A DNA stretch of 64,000 nucleotides from Gammaproteobacteria bacterium (GTDB taxonomy: Bacteria > Pseudomonadota > Gammaproteobacteria > Ga0077536): the NCBI GenBank assembly GCA_021773835.1, contig JAJFJQ010000062.1, forward strand, positions 207,322-271,321, written 5' to 3'. Every line of letters begins with the position of its first letter. Positions within the stretch are counted from its first letter, which is position 1. Below the pieces are notes generated by a model that was not told where the DNA came from, made no database searches, and saw nothing but the letters and a program-made list of their open reading frames with translations. This document shows positions 58,641 to 64,000 of this stretch, piece by piece. Made by a program: the position numbers and the translations under genes.

Positions 58641-59156
58641 TTTATGCAGATCGGATTGGTAGCCTTCGAGTTCCGCTAACGGAAGCTGTGCGCTTCCGCT
58701 ATTGCGGTCGTCCTCACGGGATAGTTCTCACCCCTTCGGTTTGACAATTTGCTATCAAGCAACGGGCGCACGCGGCGCGCCGCTACTCAACACCTAAAAT
58801 GCAATAGCGGAAACCGAAAAATGTTGGTGCATGGTTTGAACTACCGTGGTGATTTCGGCTCGTGCTGTGTAGCAGCGCGGCGAAATTATCGACATATGGC
58901 CGATCACCGGTGGCTGCAAGCTCGGTCGCGCCCGCAAATTACTGGTTGCCGCTGTCCAGTTCGTTACCCCCTCATCGGTTGCCAAAAAACTCCCATCGAC
59001 GGGCGGTGTAGTCGATCGTTATCCTGAATGTCGTCCATTGGGCCGTTGGCGGAAACCCATCCATCCGGAGTTCAGGCTACCCGCCGCCTCTCAGCCAAAC
59101 TTTGGACGGCGGAATCAACGTGACCGTGCGCGTGCCGTCAGGAAGACCGCCGTGCT

Positions 59157-59498
59157 TTAATCGAGATCGATAAAACTTTGCGGCACGTACATCGAAAATT
59201 GAACGTAAACCCTGCCCTCGTTGGGGGCTAGCGTCCATTCATTATCGTCACGTAGTTTCGGAAGACTCTCATAAGCGAGAATCGGCAATACGCAGCTGTC
59301 GATCCCTGGGTCATATTTCACCCAGTTTTCCCAATGCGGCTGGATCACTCGCCGAACACTGTACATATACTTATCGCATTCCGCCTGCGTGCGAAATTCG
59401 CGACGGATCAATTCACCCGGAAGCTTCGGCGGCAGGCGATGAGCACGATATCGGACCGGCACCAGTGGCCGCCGCCACGAGTAAAAGCTTGAATGCAA
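59157..59498 (-). pseudogene. Fragmentary paralog of the secreted protein encoded at 55469-56392
   Basis: GRVYVQFSMYVPQSFIDLD versus GRVYAQWDFYVPSSFYKLFE. Covers only ~110 aa and lacks an N-terminal signal. Confidence 0.45.
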
Positions 59499-59822
59499 AC
59501 GGTATCGGTAGCCCGCCTGTTCTTCCGTTGCTAAGGCTCATGCTCATTGGTGCTTCCTGTACTCGGTCCTGTGTGACCAATAGAGCACTAATCGGACCGG
59601 GCGCGCCATGGAGAGGCTAGAGACCGCCCAACGATCGCGTTATTGTAACGGCGGGTTAACGTAACCGCAGGGGCATGCTGCAAATCGCATGAGTCAATCT
59701 ACAAGCTGAGTTGCTCTTGATGCGAAACAAAATACCTTGGGTCCTCGATATCGACAAGCGCGTGTAACGTTAATCTAGTCTCCAATACCCAGGGCGAACG
59801 ATTCGACATTAGACACACAAAA

Positions 59823-61376
59823 TTGACAGCCCGTATGATTGCTCGTGTTAAGCCGTTTGTATGTGCCTTACTTCTTTGGTGGTCACCGCCAGGCACGGCA
59901 ATCCCCGCGTTCAATGGGGCGGAAGGTTTTGGCTCTGAGACGCATCATGCGAGAGGCGCTATCGTTTGCCGAGTTACACAAACGACCGACGATAGTAACG
60001 CTACGAAATCGTATCTAGCGATGCCGGGCGAATTCCGTTTTTGCCTATTGAAAGCGAAGGAGTTTTCCGGTGCTTATATCGTGTTCGACGTGTCCGGCAC
60101 CATTACGCTGAAGACTCCGGTTCGGATCCCGTCCAATGTATATATCGCAGGTCAAACGTCCCCAGGGGGAATTGCGTTTGCAGGAAACGCGATCGTACTA
60201 AAAGATTCAAGTGACGTTGTAATTCGTCATATCAGGCACAGAGAAGCAGCTCGTAAGGGCGATGCATTCACCATCGACAATTCTAGTGATGTCGTTCTTG
60301 ACCATGTTTCTGTTAGCTTTTTCAAAGATGGCGCGGTTGATATCGTAAATAACGCTCATGACATTACTATCCAGTGGAGTCATATGGGTGATGCCATCGA
60401 TAGCGGTTCAAAAAAGGAACGCTATCACGGTCAGCCGAACCTTCTACGCAATGGCGTCGACCGCGTGTCATTGCATCACAATTTTTACACGCATGGGCAT
60501 TCGCGGATGCCACTGGCGCATCACACGGTAGGTCAGCCACATTTTCTGATCGAATTTTCAAACAACGTAATCTATAACTATGGAAAATATCCGTCACGGT
60601 TTGCAGCTGTCGAAGGGTTAGGTAACGTAATCGGTAACTTTTACATACCTGGCCGCAATACACATTCCGATCTTGCAGCCAATGTCACAAGCGATCGCGT
60701 TCCAAAAAACCCGGTTGATATCGGGGGCAGGCAGACGAAAACGCTATCCGAAGATCTCGATATCAGCGACGCGCTAAAACCACCAGTGTTAATTGAGAAC
60801 GGCATGTCGTTGTACGTCAAAGGAAATCTAATGATCGACGGTTTCGGCCATGATGCCACGATCTATACGGACAAATACGGCAAACAGATCGAGCTAGGTG
60901 TTCCCGGACTTGTTACCGGCGTACGGCCAGTCGACTCCATACCGGATGAACGGATTGTCAAAAGCGGGAGCGGGAAGGTCATCGCAGAGGCGGCGCCATT
61001 TAGACCCTTGAGAGCCTCTGTCGTTGGTATACCGATAATAACTACGGTCCCGGCAAGGGAAAATCTCCCACGGGTTCTCGAGTCATTTGGCGCTTTACCG
61101 CGGGATAACACGGACAAACGTTTGGTTGAGGAGCTGCGGAGCCGATCGGGACGATGGAAGTATATGAAACCACAGGACAACAATGTTTATGCAGGGCATC
61201 CGCCGGCAGACTCTGATTCGGACGGCTTACCCGATTATTTCGAGGACAAAGTAGGGCGCGACATTAAACCGACCGGACACGACTTCGACGGCACTTTGGA
61301 CAACATTGAGATCTATCTCGACGAATTAGCCGACACGCTACTTAAGGCTACTCCTGCAATCAATATCGATAATTAG
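59823..61376 (+). CDS. Pectate lyase (polysaccharide lyase family 1-like) with C-terminal Asp-rich Ca-binding-like extension
   Basis: Signal peptide, then AFNGAEGFG. Parallel beta-helix region with LDHVS and HNFYTHGHSRMPLAHH (RxP motif). C-terminal PADSDSDGLPDYFED. Confidence 0.7.
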   Translation: MTARMIARVKPFVCALLLWWSPPGTAIPAFNGAEGFGSETHHARGAIVCRVTQTTDDSNATKSYLAMPGEFRFCLLKAKEFSGAYIVFDVSGTITLKTPVRIPSNVYIAGQTSPGGIAFAGNAIVLKDSSDVVIRHIRHREAARKGDAFTIDNSSDVVLDHVSVSFFKDGAVDIVNNAHDITIQWSHMGDAIDSGSKKERYHGQPNLLRNGVDRVSLHHNFYTHGHSRMPLAHHTVGQPHFLIEFSNNVIYNYGKYPSRFAAVEGLGNVIGNFYIPGRNTHSDLAANVTSDRVPKNPVDIGGRQTKTLSEDLDISDALKPPVLIENGMSLYVKGNLMIDGFGHDATIYTDKYGKQIELGVPGLVTGVRPVDSIPDERIVKSGSGKVIAEAAPFRPLRASVVGIPIITTVPARENLPRVLESFGALPRDNTDKRLVEELRSRSGRWKYMKPQDNNVYAGHPPADSDSDGLPDYFEDKVGRDIKPTGHDFDGTLDNIEIYLDELADTLLKATPAINIDN

Positions 61377-61553
61377 ACGTCATACGCCACATCGCTGTTT
61401 AATAGAGTCGCAACGTCAAACTTACCTTGGGTTTAGACCACAGCGCCACGATCGACGAACATGGCAGCAGAACTCAGCTTTTCGTCCACCGTTACGTTCG
61501 GATTGTCTCGGTGTGCGATATTGACCGAAGCATATCGTTGCAACAAGGTCAGG

Positions 61554-62519
61554 CTACAATTTTGCGTACGGACCAAACACTTGCGCCGGGCCTAGCGGGA
61601 CCATTCCGCCCGGGTTCAGTTTTTCGACACTGTAATAAGTTTTTTTAATGTGATCGAAATCAACCGTATCCGACACCCCAGGCACGTCGTACAAGCGTTT
61701 CAAATATCGCGATAAGTTGGGGTAGTCGATTAGGCGTCGTAAGTTGCATTTAAATAAACCATGGTAAGCCACATCGAAGCGGATCAAGGTGACGAATGCG
61801 CGCCAGTCGGTTTCAGTGATTTGATCGCCGACGAGATAGGAGTGGTTATCTAAGCGCGACTCGAGTTCGTCGAGGCAGGCAAAGACATCGGTCACGGCTT
61901 CTTCGTGTGCGGCTTGGGATGAGGCGAAAGCAGCGCGATAGACGCCGTTATTCAATCCATCGTAGATCCGATCGTTCATTACATCGATATCCGTTTGTAG
62001 CGCCGCCGGGTAAAAATCGAGGCTTGAATCGCCGAACGCATCGAAGGCCTTGTTAAACATCCGCATGATGTCCACGGACTCGTTGTTAACTATCGTGTCG
62101 TTAGCCTTGTCCCACAGGACGGGCACGGTCGGGCGGCCGGTGAATTTGGGATCGGCGTGTGAATATAATTGATGGACATAGCGCACATTGTGCAGCGGAT
62201 CGACTATCGCACCTTCGCATTCGCGAAAACCGTACCCTTGGTCGGTAAACTCTGGCGCCGCGATCGACAGCGATATCACATCATCAAGTTTTTTCAGCTT
62301 GCGATAGATCAGCGCGCGGCATGCCCATGGGCAATTTAGCGCGATGTAAAGATGGTAGCGACCTGGCTCGGCCGTGAAACCACCGTCGCCCGTTGGCCCT
62401 GGGTTGCCGTCGGCTGTGACCCAATGTCGGAACGTCGATGACTCGCGAACATACCGACCGTCGGCATCGCTGCGTGAGCGCTTCTGCCAATCTCCTTCCC
62501 ACTTGCCGTCAATTAACAT
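61554..62519 (-). CDS. Xi-class glutathione S-transferase (glutathionyl-hydroquinone reductase, YqjG family)
   Basis: Start at MLIDGKW. GRYHLYIALNCPWACRALI (CPWA motif). Confidence 0.85.
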   Translation of the reverse strand: MLIDGKWEGDWQKRSRSDADGRYVRESSTFRHWVTADGNPGPTGDGGFTAEPGRYHLYIALNCPWACRALIYRKLKKLDDVISLSIAAPEFTDQGYGFRECEGAIVDPLHNVRYVHQLYSHADPKFTGRPTVPVLWDKANDTIVNNESVDIMRMFNKAFDAFGDSSLDFYPAALQTDIDVMNDRIYDGLNNGVYRAAFASSQAAHEEAVTDVFACLDELESRLDNHSYLVGDQITETDWRAFVTLIRFDVAYHGLFKCNLRRLIDYPNLSRYLKRLYDVPGVSDTVDFDHIKKTYYSVEKLNPGGMVPLGPAQVFGPYAKL

Positions 62520-62709
62520 GATGTAGTCCTTGCGTCGAAGCAACGACGCCTATTGTCACGAACGAGTTGTCATTGCTCAAGGGCCTCGTCGGTGGGCGCT
62601 GTATTTTGACGAGCCCATGGCGCAAAAATGAATTCACGTGACCGGACTATTTCATTTTTCGCCAACTAATGACACGATGCTGCCCTCGGTCAATTAGTGG
62701 GGACGGCAT

Positions 62710-63483
62710 TTGGACCATCGCGAAACACGCATTGACGTACGGGGCAAAAGCACGCAAGTGTTGACCGGTGGTTCTGGGCCGCCGATCTTATATCTTCATG
62801 GCGCCGGCGGCGAGCTGGCGTGGCTGCCGTTTTTCCAAGCGCTAGCGGAGCATTTCGAAGTGTTTGTACCGGGGCATCCAGGTTTTGCCGGGTCGGACGG
62901 ACTCGATCAAATCGACTCGATGGAAGATCTGGTGCTGCACTATACCGATTTGATTGAAATCCTGGACATCAAGCAACCCGCGCTTGTTGGCCTATCGCTC
63001 GGTGGTTGGCTTGCCGCTGAATTTGCGACGCGTTACACCGATTGCATTAGTGCACTGGCGATGATTGCACCTGTTGGCTTGCGCCCGCCAGTGCTGGATA
63101 TCTTCTCGGCATCGCCAAGCGAAACACGCGCCATGGTTTTCAGCGAACCTGAGTCCGAGCTAGCTCAGCAATTTATCTCAGACGACCCGGATCCCGAAGC
63201 CTACGACAATTATCTTAAGGCGCGTGAAGCAACGGCGCGTCTTGGATGGAACCCGTATCTGCACAATCGCAAACTTGAGGGTCGGCTGTACCGCATTAAA
63301 GTGCCAACACTTGTTATTGCGGCAGGTGCTGATCTGTTGGTACCTGAAGCGCATTGTCGGCTTTATGAAGCCGGCATCGATGGCGCCCAATACGTTGAAA
63401 TCGCGGGCGCGGGGCATGCCGTTCCGTTTGAGCGACCCGCCGAGACAGCGGCTAGCGTTATTCAGTTTTTGGCCAGCAACTAG
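62710..63483 (+). CDS. Alpha/beta-hydrolase fold protein
   Basis: ILYLHGAGG and GLSLGGW nucleophile elbow. 257 aa. Confidence 0.8.
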   Translation: MDHRETRIDVRGKSTQVLTGGSGPPILYLHGAGGELAWLPFFQALAEHFEVFVPGHPGFAGSDGLDQIDSMEDLVLHYTDLIEILDIKQPALVGLSLGGWLAAEFATRYTDCISALAMIAPVGLRPPVLDIFSASPSETRAMVFSEPESELAQQFISDDPDPEAYDNYLKAREATARLGWNPYLHNRKLEGRLYRIKVPTLVIAAGADLLVPEAHCRLYEAGIDGAQYVEIAGAGHAVPFERPAETAASVIQFLASN

Positions 63484-63518
63484 TTTGCACGTAAACCTGT
63501 ATCGACGAGGAGACGCTC

Positions 63519-64000
63519 GTGCGCTTTTATAATTTTCACTTGATGCCCTGGCCAGATCTTCCGGCCGACTACGATGACATTAGCAAACATCCGTCAGCTT
63601 GGGTGACACTCTCCAACAGTAACTACGACCCCGAAAAAGGCCATCATCTATATAACGAGTATCTCGATCAGCTTGAATATGCAGAGGAGCTGGGTTTCGA
63701 TGGCGTTTGCGTGAACGAGCATCACCAAAATGCCTACGGCACAATGCCGTCGCCAAACCTCGTTGCTGCAATGTTGGCGCGGCGAACGAAGCGCATCAGC
63801 ATATGCATGGTCGGCAATGGACTGCCATTGCGCGACCACCCTCTGAGGGTGGCCGAAGAAGTTGCGATGCTCGACGTGGTCACGGGCGGGCGAATAATTT
63901 CAGGCTTCGTGCGTGGTATTGGCGACGAGTACACGTCGATGGGTGTCAACCCAACTTATTCGCTAGAGCGTTTTCGCGAGGCCCATGATCTGATAATCAG
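63519..64000 (+). CDS. Luciferase-like flavin-dependent monooxygenase/oxidoreductase (3'-partial)
   Basis: GTG start 7 nt after GAGGAG. FHLMPWP...GFDGVCVNEHHQNAYGTMPSPNLVAAMLA. Runs off the window end. Confidence 0.75.
   Translation, partial: MRFYNFHLMPWPDLPADYDDISKHPSAWVTLSNSNYDPEKGHHLYNEYLDQLEYAEELGFDGVCVNEHHQNAYGTMPSPNLVAAMLARRTKRISICMVGNGLPLRDHPLRVAEEVAMLDVVTGGRIISGFVRGIGDEYTSMGVNPTYSLERFREAHDLII

Noticed and set aside
1-64000. CRISPR arrays, rRNA genes, retron/DGR reverse transcriptases, or obvious restriction-modification or abortive-infection defence genes
   Set aside because: None were seen. The only regularly spaced repeat is the 165-bp tandem array. It has no spacer/repeat alternation and no cas genes.

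Overview
This 64 kb window looks like GC-rich proteobacterial chromosome, probably gammaproteobacterial; that assignment is inference only. Housekeeping genes (leuCD, gltX, pyc, three tRNAs, an acyl-CoA beta-oxidation-type module) are interrupted by several accessory regions. (1) The 3' 5.4 kb of a giant secreted repeat protein with RTX-like Ca-binding motifs, beta-helix-like Gly/Thr repeats and a coiled-coil plus poly-acidic C-terminus. It is followed 1 nt later by a SapC-family gene and a convergent Sel1-repeat secreted protein. (2) A standalone EF-G paralog whose catalytic switch-II His and G4 Lys are substituted. It sits next to a MarR regulator and an asparagine-synthase-like amidotransferase that starts at GTG and carries a C-terminal methyltransferase-like extension. 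(3) An ArsR / beta-carbonic anhydrase / SulP-STAS bicarbonate module convergent with pyruvate carboxylase. (4) A ~17 kb genomic island inserted at tRNA-Val(CAC), bounded by a ~65 bp direct repeat of the tRNA 3' half. It carries an integrase, an AlpA-like excisionase, a second tyrosine recombinase, HigBA, a decayed IS6 transposase and a catabolic cargo. The cargo is a three-subunit hydantoinase/acetone-carboxylase-family enzyme plus aldehyde dehydrogenase, short-chain dehydrogenase, flavin reductase, AhpD-like protein, bicupin dioxygenase-like protein, DapA-family lyase and a MarR regulator. (5) A CHRD protein with a literal VPLPA C-terminal sorting tail. (6) A three-subunit molybdoenzyme (catalytic, 4x[4Fe-4S], membrane anchor) with no Tat signal and a degenerate N-terminal Cys motif, possibly SoeABC-like. 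(7) Three tandem 165 bp structured repeats directly after tRNA-Glu. (8) A secreted and polysaccharide-active cluster (PL1 pectate lyase, cyclase-family lipoprotein, TPR plus membrane protein pair) with gene-fragment debris, including a duplicated 3' piece of the EF-G-like gene. No CRISPR array, rRNA or obvious defence system was seen.
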